Assembly (NCBI GenBank): GCA_963796685.1
Contig: CAWCMR010000025.1
Coordinates: 576,001 to 640,000 of the forward strand
DNA from: an uncultured delta proteobacterium
Lineage (GTDB): Bacteria; Myxococcota_A; Polyangia; Fen-1088
DNA length: 64,000 bases
Direction of reading: 5' to 3'
Shown here: positions 10,209 through 20,020 of the stretch, piece by piece
Position numbering within the stretch: position 1 is the stretch's first letter
How the letters are laid out: each line of letters opens with the position of its first letter
Position numbers and translations under genes: made by a program
The notes under the pieces: generated by a model
What the model was told of the DNA's origin: nothing
What the model saw: the letters and a program-made list of their open reading frames with translations, nothing else
The model's database searches: none

Positions 10209-11451
10209 CTACGGACAGGAACCGAACAGGGTGAACAGCGCGTCCGCGTCGGGCTTCATCGCCACCACGTCCAGCAGACCATCGCCATTCAAGTCGCCAA
10301 GCGCGACTCCCGCTATCCCTAGCGTGTAGACCTTCGGCGCCCCGAAGGTCCCGTCGCCTCTTCCGAACCACGCGGAGAGCGTGTCGGGGTCTCTCGACGT
10401 CACAACGTCCAGCGTGCCGTCACCGTCGACATCGCCGAGAACGATCTGATTCCTAACCCACGGCGCGGGTTTCACCGGTGCATCGAAGGTTCCGTCACCG
10501 TGCCCCAGGGCGGAGGTGTCCACCGTCATGATGTCCAGCTTGCCATCACCGTTGAGATCGGCGAGCGCGATCCAGTTGGGGCTCTCCCCCGATGGGGAGC
10601 TCTTCGGCGGCGCCGAAGCTTCCGTCGCCTTTCCCGAGTAGGACACTGAGCGACCAAGCGCCATCCAGTCCCGAGTTGGCCACCGCGAGGTCGAGCTTAC
10701 CGTCGCCATTCACGTCCCCCACCGCCACCCCATCCGGCATCACGCCTGCCTCGAAGTCGGTCTTGGCGCCGAAGCTTCCATCTCCGTTTCCAAGTCGTAC
10801 GCTCACCGTGCCTATTCCGCCATTCGTGGTTGTTTCCACATAGTTCGCCGTTACGACATCCAGCTTGCCATCGCCGTTGAAGTCACCGAGCGCCGACCAA
10901 TCGGTGCCGATGCCCGTGCCGTCGTCAGGCTTGACCGTGAACGTTCCGTCGCCTTTGCCGAACAGCACGGCCACATTGGTCACGATGTCCAGGTTGCCAT
11001 CGCCATTCAGGTCGCCGAGCAGCAAGACCCGCGGCGCCCCACCGACCGGGTAGTCGGTTTTTGCGCCGAAGCTGCCGCCTCCACGCCCGAGCAGCACGCT
11101 CAGCGAGGCGGCGTTTGCCGTGACCACATCCAGTTTGCCGTCGCCGTTCAGATCACCCAGCACGACGGATGTGGCACCGGCGCCGGTTGGGTATTGGGGC
11201 AGGCTGGGACCGAAGCTTCCGTCGGCTGCCTGCAACAGCACGCTCACGTCGTCCGAATCCATGTCGTAGTAGCGCGCCATCGCGACGTCCGGCCTGCCGT
11301 CACGGTTCAGGTCGGCGATCGCCAGCACAGCCGCGGATTCTGAAAAAGTCCCCCCCTCTTCTGCGAGCCGTCGGAGTGCGGAAAGTTTCGCCCCCGAGCA
11401 CCATCCCCGCGAGCACGGGGAGACCGTGAAACCTCTCCGGCATCGCCACAT
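10209..11451 (-). CDS. FG-GAP/VCBS repeat protein (frameshift near 10590; 5' end unclear or truncated)
   Basis: Many GD[LFV]NGDGKLD[VL]..AN and LGxGDGxF repeats split over ORFs 10546..11451 and 10209..10709; no signal peptide visible. Confidence 0.75.
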
Positions 11452-11507
11452 TTTTGTTGCGCACGCAGGGCTCGAGTTGGGTTTATCTGGGTAGCCATGC
11501 GGGAATC

Positions 11508-11997
11508 ATGAACCCGGAACGCCTGACTCATCTCTATCGACGCTATGGGCCGGCCATCTATGCGCGCTGCCGCCTGCTGCTCATGGATGACGGGGCAGAC
11601 TGAGGACGCCACGCAGGAGACTTTTCTCCGCGTATGGCGCCACCTCGACCGGGTTCCCGATGCCCGCGAGGCGCTCTATTGGATCTACCGGGTGGCGACC
11701 AACTACTGTCTCAACGAGATCCGGGACCGCCGCAGCCGGGATGTCCCGACCGGAAAATTGCCGGAGGTCCGTGAGGCGGCTCGGGCTGCGGAAGCGCGCA
11801 TCGCGGATCGGGACCTGGCCCGCCACCTCATCGAGGGCGCGCGAGCCAACCAACGCGTGGTGGCCTGGCTGTACCACGTCGACGGTTTCGAGCAGGAGGA
11901 TGTCGCAAGAGTGGTCGGGATTTCGCGGCGGACGGTGGTCACCCGCCTGGCCGCCTTCCGCGCGGGCGCGCAGAAACTCAGGAGGAGCGTAGGATGA
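11508..11997 (+). CDS. ECF sigma factor (frameshift near 11595)
   Basis: MNPERLTHLYRRYGPAIYARCRLLL continues in a shifted frame as EDATQETFLRVW..WIYRVATNYCLN (region 2) and QEDVARVVGISRRTV (region 4 HTH). Confidence 0.85.
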
Positions 11998-12782
11998 AAA
12001 ACGAATCTCACGTCACTCTCTTGGACCTCGACTTGGTGGTCCTGGACCAAGCTACCCCGGAGCACCTCGCAAGCATCGAGGCGCACTGCATGTCCTGCAC
12101 CGGGTGCGCCGCACGCCGAGTTGAGCACGGCGAGCACGTGCAGAACTTCCGCGGCATGGTGTTTCCCCGTACCGTCGACAACCTGGTGCTTCGGCGACGT
12201 CCGGCGGCCAGGTGGCCCTGGATGTTCGGGCTCGCGCTACCGCTCGCGGCGTGTCTGCTGATGCTCGTGCGAAGCCACCCGAGCGGCAAGAAGTCCGCCC
12301 CTGCCTTCGATCCGCCACACGACCCCGGAACAATCGGGATCAAGGGCTCGCCCGTGGTACGGGTATTCGCACGACGGAACCGGCCCGACGCCGACGTGAT
12401 CAAGGTCAAGGACGGCGATCGCCTGGCGGCAGGGGACGCCCTGCGCTTCGTACTGTCGCCGACGGGCTTGCCCTATGTTCTCATCGCCTCCGTCGACGGC
12501 GCCGGGCAGGCGAGTGTATATTACCCGTTCCATGGCGAGGCCAGCGTCGAGGTGGATCCAAGGGGCACGGTTTCGGTTCCGGGCAGTATCGTCCTCGACA
12601 AGGCCCTCGGCCCCGAGCGCATCTTCGTCATCTACAGCGAGAAACCCATCCAGGCCGAGACCGTGCGCGAAGTGCTGACAAAGCTCGGCGCGGGTGGCGC
12701 AGGCACGATCCGGGGGGCGCAGCACCTGCCCATCGCGGAAACCGTCCAGTCCTCGCTGTTGTTCGAGAAGGAGGAGCCTTGA
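11994..12782 (+). CDS. Putative anti-sigma factor: zinc-finger (HxxxCxxC), TM helix, DUF4384-like domain
   Basis: ATGA overlap with sigma; HCMSCTGC; TM WMFGLALPLAACLLML; GIKG, LAAGDALRF, SIVLD..GPERIF. Confidence 0.7.
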   Translation: MKNESHVTLLDLDLVVLDQATPEHLASIEAHCMSCTGCAARRVEHGEHVQNFRGMVFPRTVDNLVLRRRPAARWPWMFGLALPLAACLLMLVRSHPSGKKSAPAFDPPHDPGTIGIKGSPVVRVFARRNRPDADVIKVKDGDRLAAGDALRFVLSPTGLPYVLIASVDGAGQASVYYPFHGEASVEVDPRGTVSVPGSIVLDKALGPERIFVIYSEKPIQAETVREVLTKLGAGGAGTIRGAQHLPIAETVQSSLLFEKEEP

Positions 12783-14389
12783 TGGGGAAGCGCCTCGGAG
12801 TCTCGGACCTGGAGACCAGGTTTTCCATCGCAGCGCGGTTGGGGTTGACTGCCCTGGCCCTGATCGCCGGGGCAAGCCAAGCGCACGCGGAGACCCGTCG
12901 CATTGCCGTCGTCGTCGGGAGCAATCGCGGCGCCCCCTCGCACGCGCCGCTTCGCTTCGCCGAGCAGGACGCATCCAAGTTCGCCGCAGTTCTCGCCGAG
13001 CTGGGTGGCCTCGCCCAAGCTGATGTCCTGCTGCTGCATGGGCCGACGCCGGCCGAGGTGCGCGCAGCCCTGGACGAGGCCACGCGGCGCACGGCCGGTT
13101 GGCACGCGCAACACCGCGGGCAGGTCGTGCTCATGTTCTATTTCTCCGGGCACTCCGACGGGACCATGTTGGAGATGGGAAATCAGGGTCTGCCCTTCGC
13201 GGAGGTGCGCAGACGCGTGGACGAGGTCGGCGCCGACGTGCGCCTGGTTATCTTGGACAGCTGCCGCAGTGGCGCCCTGCTCGCCCTCAAGGGCGGTACG
13301 CTGGGAGAATCCTTCGACATCCGCATGACCGACGACCTGGCCAGCACCGGAGAAGCGATGATCACCTCCAGCGCAGCCGACGAGGCTGCCCTGGAATCCG
13401 CGGAGATAGGTGGTTCGTTCTTTTCGCACCACCTGATTTCGGGCCTGCGCGGTGCCGCAGATCTCTCCGGCGACGGCATGGTGACCCTGGCGGAGGCCTA
13501 TCAATACGCCTTCGTGCGAACCCTGCGCTCCACTTCGGATACGACGGTGGGCCCCCAGCACCCGGCCTACGACTACCGTCTGAGCGGCCAAGGCGAGCTC
13601 GTGCTAACCCAGCTGAGGAAACCGTCTGCGGTTCTGGAGCTTCCCGTAGGATTCGATCGCCTTCTGCTTGTGGCCGTGCCGAGAGAACAGGTATTGGCCG
13701 AGCTCGGTCCGCGTTCGGGGCACAGAATTGCGGTGCCGTCCGGAATGTACAAGCTGCGGGCCTGGAAGGGAACACAGACCTTCGCTGCCCGGGTGGCGGT
13801 GGCCTGGGGACAGACGTTGCAAGTGGCTGCGGCCGAGCTGATTCCCGTGCACGCCGGGCTCGCCGTCAGCAAGGGCGGCACCGATGTCGATGTGACCGCA
13901 GTGGGTGCGGCTGCCGCCAGCCAAGAACAAGAGCAACGTCCGTGGTCGCTCACGGTCGGGCTGGGCCTCATGGACGGGGTGGCCAAAGATGCCGTGCTCG
14001 AAGGCGTCGACCTCGGAGTGCAGCGACGGTTCGGAGCGAGGCGCGTGGACGTGGTCCTTCGTGCCGGCTCTGGGCGGGCCCCGGGTATGCGCGAGAACCG
14101 AGTGACGGGAGAGGTGATACCTTCCCTATGGGCAAGCCTGGGCCGGCTCAGCGCCGGCCTCGGCGTCGGCCTGGGTGCGGGGACGGCCATCGAGCAGGTC
14201 GACGGCCACCAAATCCATTGGTCTGGCCTGGCCTTTGCCAGTCCTACGGGTTCGGTTGGGTTCCGTCTGAATCGTGATTTTGCCTTGCAGGCAAGCGCCG
14301 ACATTCCCATCACACTGCTTCGCCGGAACGACCGCATGACCATCACGGCTGTCGGGGCGTTGTGGCTCGGTCTGTCGCGAGAGCTCTGA
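12782..14389 (+). CDS. Secreted caspase-family (peptidase C14) protein with beta-rich C-terminus
   Basis: Signal peptide ending AHA-E; RIAVVVGSN, LRFAEQDA, FYFSGHSD (His), ILDSCRSG (Cys), GLRGAAD.SGDG.VTL.EAY. Confidence 0.85.
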   Translation: MGKRLGVSDLETRFSIAARLGLTALALIAGASQAHAETRRIAVVVGSNRGAPSHAPLRFAEQDASKFAAVLAELGGLAQADVLLLHGPTPAEVRAALDEATRRTAGWHAQHRGQVVLMFYFSGHSDGTMLEMGNQGLPFAEVRRRVDEVGADVRLVILDSCRSGALLALKGGTLGESFDIRMTDDLASTGEAMITSSAADEAALESAEIGGSFFSHHLISGLRGAADLSGDGMVTLAEAYQYAFVRTLRSTSDTTVGPQHPAYDYRLSGQGELVLTQLRKPSAVLELPVGFDRLLLVAVPREQVLAELGPRSGHRIAVPSGMYKLRAWKGTQTFAARVAVAWGQTLQVAAAELIPVHAGLAVSKGGTDVDVTAVGAAAASQEQEQRPWSLTVGLGLMDGVAKDAVLEGVDLGVQRRFGARRVDVVLRAGSGRAPGMRENRVTGEVIPSLWASLGRLSAGLGVGLGAGTAIEQVDGHQIHWSGLAFASPTGSVGFRLNRDFALQASADIPITLLRRNDRMTITAVGALWLGLSREL

Positions 14390-14430
14390 GAAAGATTGCG
14401 CACAAGCGGCGGCGCTCGGGTTTCTCAAGC

Positions 14431-15186
14431 ATGACGAAGACATCACCTACGACGCCGATCTCGACCAGAAACTGTCCTTTTCTGCCTGCGCTCGTGTCGG
14501 CGGCCATCGGCATATGGGGAGCCGGCTGCGGAAGCGGCGTCCTCAGCCAGGTGGACGATGACGATGCTGCACTGGGCGTTGATGGCGGCGCCATGGGCGG
14601 CAGCGGCGGTGTGGTCGGGACGGTCGACGCGGACAGCGTCGGCGGTGCCGGCGGCAGTGTTGGTGGTTCCTATGGTGGACCGAATTGCCCGTGCTCGCGG
14701 CGTCCCGGCGAGAACAACGCCTTCATGTGCCCACCTGGGACCGGCCAGGCCAGCACGACAGCCCTTGGTACCGACGGCGGAAACGCCAGTCTCGACGGCA
14801 CCCCTTCCACCGCTAGCGTCCCCGTCAGGCTCACCCTCTTGCCCACCGCTCTTGGACAGTCAGTTTCCGTCACCATCACCGAGACGACCACGCCACCGCC
14901 CGCGGGCTATGTGGACGAGTCGCCGATCTATTCCATTGCGATGCTGCCAGGGCTCACGCTTTCGACCCCCGCGAGGCTTGTCCTGCCCTACCAAAGTAAT
15001 CTCAGTCTCATCTCTAGCCAACTCGCCATCTATTTCTCTACCGACGGGACGACCTACACGCGCGTTCAAGACTCGTACGTCAATGCAGGCTTCTTACAGG
15101 GCTCCTTGACGAAATCCGGGTTCGTGTTCGCGGGCTACCCAAAAACCGCGGCCGACCTCGCCGCGTGTGGGGTGAGTGCGGAGTAG
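14431..15186 (+). CDS. Hypothetical lipoprotein (ZU5-like C-terminal region)
   Basis: Lipobox GAGC, Gly-rich linker, LPTALGQSVSVTITE...SPIY...TLSTPARLVLPY. Confidence 0.6.
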   Translation: MTKTSPTTPISTRNCPFLPALVSAAIGIWGAGCGSGVLSQVDDDDAALGVDGGAMGGSGGVVGTVDADSVGGAGGSVGGSYGGPNCPCSRRPGENNAFMCPPGTGQASTTALGTDGGNASLDGTPSTASVPVRLTLLPTALGQSVSVTITETTTPPPAGYVDESPIYSIAMLPGLTLSTPARLVLPYQSNLSLISSQLAIYFSTDGTTYTRVQDSYVNAGFLQGSLTKSGFVFAGYPKTAADLAACGVSAE

Positions 15187-15229
15187 TGTTCCCCCCCCCC
15201 GACGTTTGCCTTCCGCCACCAATCCGCGT

Positions 15230-15827
15230 CTAGGAGGCTGGTCTCTTCAAGAGGGCGAGCAGCTTCCGACCCTCGCAGCGGGGGTGTGCGGTTCGGACCA
15301 GTCCGGCCTGCTCGGCTGCGGCGATTTCGGTTTGGAACAGCTCGCGCGAGCAATGACCCGACGGCTCGATGAGCAGGAGTTGACCTCCCGGCTTCAAGCA
15401 CCGGGACAGCGTGGTCACGGTTGCCGCGGGGAATACCGTCTCGTGCACGACATGAATGGCCAACACGAGATCGCAACTTTCCCGCTGGTCATGAAGCCCC
15501 AAATCCTGATGGGTGCTCAGGCGCAGCTCGGCGCGATCGCGCAAACCGCGCTTTTCGAGACGTTTGTCCAGGCTTGCGAGCATCGACTTTTGCACCTCCA
15601 CGCACACGACCTTGCCAGTGGCACCGACGGCCTTCGCGACCGGCAGGGTAAAGAAGCCCAGGGCAGGCCCGAGCTTCGAGCACACGGTCGCCGGGTTTCA
15701 CCAGAGGCAAAACCAGCTTGTTTGGGCTCTCCGCGAGGCGCCGCACCGGACTGGCCAGAAGCAGCCCAATCCAATAAGGACAGGTGTGCGCGGGATGGGG
15801 CTCGCTCGAATTCGTTTGCTCGTTCAT
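15230..15827 (-). CDS. Class I SAM-dependent methyltransferase (frameshift near 15675)
   Basis: HTCPYWIGLLLASPVRRL..VKPGDRVLE continues as LGPALGFFT..GKVVCVEVQ..LKPGGQLLLIEP. Confidence 0.8.
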
Positions 15828-15913
15828 GGTCCCTCCTCGTTGCCCGATGGTTTGGCTCGGGCACAGCTGCTACTATGCCGGGAGCGGCTCGTTTCGACGA
15901 CTCGCCTTTCACC

Positions 15914-16615
15914 ATGAACGATTTTTCCCTGCATTTGCCGACGAAGTCGCGGCGCCAGGGCGCAGACGAGCGCTCCCGTGCTCGCGTTTCCAAGGCCACC
16001 TTGCGGCTGAAGGCACGCCGAAATCCGAGGCAAGAACGCTCCCGGCAGACCGTGGAAGCCATCGTGGAAGCCGCGGGACGGCTTCTGGTGGAACACGGTC
16101 GGGCTGCGGTCACCACCAACGCGGTCGCGCAGCGGGCGTGGGTCTCGATTGGCTCCGTCTATCAGTACTTCCCCAACAAGGACTCGATCTTCTCGGCGCT
16201 GCAGGAGCGCCACCGCGGTCAAGTGATGCCGCTCATTCGCCTTGCCTTGGCACGGCTCGAGGATCCCGCCGAGGATCTCGTCCTCGGAATCGTGTCGCTG
16301 ATGAAAGCCATGGCGGAATTGAACCGGGATGATCCAGGACGGATGCGTGCCTTGGACGAAGATCTACTCGAGCGGTCGTCGGCCACCGACATTCAGGCAT
16401 TCGCCGATGCCATCGCAGGCCTCCTGGCCGCGCGCACGGGCTGCTCCGAGGACAGCCTGCGCCCTACGGCTTGGCTCGCGTCCCTGACCCTCACTCACGT
16501 GGGACGAACCCTGGTCCATCACCCGCCGCCACTCCCCATGCAACCGATCCTCGATTCGCTGACCTCGATGTTGCGTGGTCTATTTTCCCCCGATCCCCTC
16601 CCGGCTGGCCGCTGA
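15914..16615 (+). CDS. TetR/AcrR family transcriptional regulator
   Basis: PRQERSRQTVEAIVEAA, TTNAVAQRA.VSIGSVYQYFPNK; divergent from the methyltransferase. Start 15875 or 15914. Confidence 0.9.
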   Translation: MNDFSLHLPTKSRRQGADERSRARVSKATLRLKARRNPRQERSRQTVEAIVEAAGRLLVEHGRAAVTTNAVAQRAWVSIGSVYQYFPNKDSIFSALQERHRGQVMPLIRLALARLEDPAEDLVLGIVSLMKAMAELNRDDPGRMRALDEDLLERSSATDIQAFADAIAGLLAARTGCSEDSLRPTAWLASLTLTHVGRTLVHHPPPLPMQPILDSLTSMLRGLFSPDPLPAGR

Positions 16616-16789
16616 ATTCAAGCTGAGAAGCGTGTTTGGCATCACGGCCTCGGGTCGGGCAGAAGATTTGTGTGGGTTCTGACGCCGGGGTGCGCACTGA
16701 CCTGGTTCATCCAGTACGGCACGGGCGCGGCCACGCCTGCGGGCAGCACGCGGCCCCACTCGCGGCCGTAGGGATAGGCATACGTCGTG

Positions 16790-17090
16790 CCGAGTGGGTG
16801 TTTGATGGATGGCCAGCCCCTCGTGCTCGATGCGCTCGCGGAACGATGGTGGCAATGACTCGAACGTCAGCAGGTCCACTTCGAGCCCGAGCGCCGTGCA
16901 CAAGGCGACCTCGATCGATGTCGAGGTCTGCCCGTCCACATTGACGAGCACGATGTCGACGTCGCTGCGCACCCCGAATACCCCCAGGCCAGCGAGCCGA
17001 TGAGCCATGCCCGACCTCCGGCGGGAAGTTGTCCACGCACCAGCGCCACGGCCAGGCCATCGACTCGCGGTGCAAGACCCACTAAACTAG
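16790..17090 (-). pseudogene. Minimal nucleotidyltransferase (MNT) remnant
   Basis: RAWLIGSLAWG / FGVRSDVDIV..VDLLTFESLPPSFRERIEHEGL split by a frameshift near 16980. No clear start and no HEPN partner; boundaries approximate. Confidence 0.6.
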
Positions 17091-17174
17091 GACTCTCGGT
17101 TGCGTTCTCACAGCGCCCACGACAAATCATCCATGAATTTTCTGCATGCCATGTCGTGTTTTCATGGTACATGA

Positions 17175-18341
17175 ATGGTCATGCTCGATCGAGCCGGGCA
17201 TCTTGGCGCCATCAAGAAACTGTTCCAGTCCCATTCCGTCGTGGCCATCCTCGGCCCGCGCCAGGTGGGCAAGACCACCTTGGCCAGGCGCTATGCCGAA
17301 ACCCTCCGATCCCGCGCGCACCACTTCGATCTGGAAGACGCAGACGATCTCGCCAGGCTTAGCGATGCCAAGCTGACCCTCGGACGGCTCCGTGGCTTGG
17401 TCGTCATCGATGAAATCCAGCGGCGGCCCGAGCTTTTCCCCACCTTGCGGGTGCTGGTGGACACCCCCAAAGCATCTTTGCGGTTTCTCGTGCTCGGCAG
17501 CGCTTCACCCGAGCTCCTCAAGCAATCCTCCGAAACCCTCGCCGGGCGCGTCGCCTACCACGAGCTTACCGGCTTTTCCCTCGAAGAGGTCGATCCTCGG
17601 CGCATGGATCGGCTCTGGCTGCGTGGTGGATTTCCCCGCTCCTTCTTGGCCAAATCCGATCCGGCCAGCCAGGACTGGCGCGCAGGCTTCGTCCGCACCT
17701 TCCTTGAACAAGACCTGCCCCAGCTTGGCCTGAATTTGCCGGCCCCTCAGCTGCGACGCTTTTGGACCATGGTCGCCCACTACCACGGCCAGATCTGGAA
17801 CGCCTCCGAGATTGCCGCATCCATGGGGATTTCCGATACGACGGCCCGTCGCTATTTGGATCTGCTTGCGTCCACGTTCATGGTGCGCCCGCTCCCTCCC
17901 TGGGCCGAAAACCTCGGCAAGCGCCAAGTAAAATCCCCGAAGATTTACTTCGCCGATAGCGGAATCCTGCACACCTTGCTTGGCTTGCGCACCATGGGCG
18001 ACCTAGAAACCAATCCCAAGCTCGGTGCCTCCTGGGAGGGTTTCCTCCTTGGCGAGGTCGTCTCGCGACTCGATGTCGACAAGGAGGAATGCTATTTCTG
18101 GGCAACCCACCAAGGCGCCGAGCTGGATCTACTGGTCGTGCGCGGACACCGACGCCTTGGCTTTGAATTCAAGCGGACCTCGTCGCCCACGATCACCAAG
18201 TCGATGCATATCGCCATGCAAGACCTGAAGCTGGATCAGCTGACGGTGATTCACGCGGGCGAGCACAGCTTCCCTCTCTCCAACGAAATCCGAGGCGTTT
18301 CTGCCCATCACCTGCTTACCGAGATCCGCCCCCTGCGCTGA
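17175..18341 (+). CDS. AAA_14 ATPase with DUF4143 domain
   Basis: GPRQVGKTT, VIDEIQ, LGSAS, LAGR, RGGFP, KSPKIYFADSG, ELDL..GFEFK. Confidence 0.9.
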   Translation: MVMLDRAGHLGAIKKLFQSHSVVAILGPRQVGKTTLARRYAETLRSRAHHFDLEDADDLARLSDAKLTLGRLRGLVVIDEIQRRPELFPTLRVLVDTPKASLRFLVLGSASPELLKQSSETLAGRVAYHELTGFSLEEVDPRRMDRLWLRGGFPRSFLAKSDPASQDWRAGFVRTFLEQDLPQLGLNLPAPQLRRFWTMVAHYHGQIWNASEIAASMGISDTTARRYLDLLASTFMVRPLPPWAENLGKRQVKSPKIYFADSGILHTLLGLRTMGDLETNPKLGASWEGFLLGEVVSRLDVDKEECYFWATHQGAELDLLVVRGHRRLGFEFKRTSSPTITKSMHIAMQDLKLDQLTVIHAGEHSFPLSNEIRGVSAHHLLTEIRPLR

Positions 18342-18421
18342 GGTGGACGGGCAGGCTCGCGCACGTCCGCTTTGGAGAGTGCACCACGCGGTAGGGCCGC
18401 GACCGAGGCCAACGTTCCTCG

Positions 18422-20008
18422 CTACGGCGTGATCTGCGTGAAGTCCACCAGGTTACCGGTCATCATCAGCAGCGACAGCGCCGTCCATGATTTCTGGTAG
18501 TAGATGGTTCCGGCGTTGAGGTTCAAGGTGGCCACGGCGGCGTAGGCGGCGTCGAGGAATGCCTGGTACTTGGCATCGCTCATGGCGCCCACGCCCGCGG
18601 GACCGACGAACGAGGCCGCCTGGGTGCCGTTCACGGCACGATCGGGTTTCGGGGTTCCATTCAACTCGTAGCCATCAACGATGTTGGCCACGCCGACGCC
18701 AACGTAGAAGGACGTGATCTTGGCCAGGTAGCTCTTGGCGCGCGGCTCGCCGAAGAAGCAGTCGTCCTCGCCCACGCGGAAGGGCGTGCGCGTGGAGTCG
18801 TTCTGAAAATACATGGGCGCACCCGAGTACGGGGAGACGGGTGTGCCGGAGGAATCGCACCAGGCGGGCACGAGGCCGTTGTCGGCGTTGCCGCTCTGGG
18901 TGTTGAGGCTGCGCTCGAGGATGTCGTAGTTGCCCGCGATGACCTTGTTCCAATCGTCGACCTTGCCCGTCACCTGGCCGAAGACACGATAGTAGGCCGG
19001 CGCGAAGTACGACGGGTTGGTGACGTCGACGTTGCCCCACTGGTCGCCCGGCTTGAGCATGTCGTTGCGGGTCTGGTCGACCTCGAGGCTCCAGATGAGG
19101 CCAATGAGCTTCTTGGCATGGTTGAGATAGGTGTCGGACAGCGCCCCCTTCCCACCCCACTGCTTGTCGGCCATGACCAAGGCCCAGGCCATGTCCTCGT
19201 CGCCGTCGGTGGCGGCGCCCGTGCCGCCCGAGGTGACCTTGCCGTCGGGGCCGATCTCCCAGTTCATGAGGCCATTGCCGTCGAGATAGAGCTGCTCGTA
19301 GTTCCACAGGTCGTCGAACAACTTCTGGTCGTTCATGTACACGGCCAGGATCATCCCGTAGCCGATCCCCTCGGACACGGTCGAGCCGATGACCGTCCCC
19401 GAGTCGGGCTTCTTCACGCGCTCGAAGCCGCTGGCGCCGTCGGAGGTGACGGTCGCGTCCTTCCAAGCCTGGTAGGCCGCCTTCACCTTGTCGTTGTCGT
19501 AGGCCGTGGGATAGGTGCAGTACTGCCCCTTGTAGTTCTGCGGGAAGGGATAGGCGACGCCGGGTGAGCTGGTCGCGCCGCCGCTGCCCGTGGCCCCGCC
19601 CGTCGCGGTGAAGCTGCCGCCGGTCGCGGCATTGCCCCCGCTGCTCGTGGTTCCGCCGGTCATCAGGGCGCCGCCAGTGCCTGGGATCCCACCGGTCGTC
19701 ATGACGCCGCCGCTGCTGGTCGCGCCGCCAGCGGCCTTCGTTCCGCCCGTGCTCGGCACACCGCCCGATCCTATCGCCCCGCCGCTGCCCACGACGCCGC
19801 CCGAGGCGCTGCCACCACTACCCACCATGCCGCCGCTGCTCGCGATGCCGCCCGTGGCCGACGCCCCGCCATGACCGGTTGCCCCACCGGTGGCCACCGT
19901 CCCGCCGCTGCCCGAGGATTGGGTCGAACCTTTGGTCGTGCAGGCCGCGCCCACCTGGCATGCGAGCACGAGGGCAAGGACGAGAGATCCGCTGCTTGAA
20001 CGGGTCAT
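18422..20008 (-). CDS. Glycoside hydrolase family 8 lipoprotein (endoglucanase/lichenase-like)
   Basis: Lipobox GAAC, Gly-rich linker, TVSEGIGYGM, AATDGDEDMA, NPSYFAP, NDSTRTPFR. Confidence 0.9.
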   Translation of the reverse strand: MTRSSSGSLVLALVLACQVGAACTTKGSTQSSGSGGTVATGGATGHGGASATGGIASSGGMVGSGGSASGGVVGSGGAIGSGGVPSTGGTKAAGGATSSGGVMTTGGIPGTGGALMTGGTTSSGGNAATGGSFTATGGATGSGGATSSPGVAYPFPQNYKGQYCTYPTAYDNDKVKAAYQAWKDATVTSDGASGFERVKKPDSGTVIGSTVSEGIGYGMILAVYMNDQKLFDDLWNYEQLYLDGNGLMNWEIGPDGKVTSGGTGAATDGDEDMAWALVMADKQWGGKGALSDTYLNHAKKLIGLIWSLEVDQTRNDMLKPGDQWGNVDVTNPSYFAPAYYRVFGQVTGKVDDWNKVIAGNYDILERSLNTQSGNADNGLVPAWCDSSGTPVSPYSGAPMYFQNDSTRTPFRVGEDDCFFGEPRAKSYLAKITSFYVGVGVANIVDGYELNGTPKPDRAVNGTQAASFVGPAGVGAMSDAKYQAFLDAAYAAVATLNLNAGTIYYQKSWTALSLLMMTGNLVDFTQITP

Positions 20009-20020
20009 CCTGAAAGTCTA

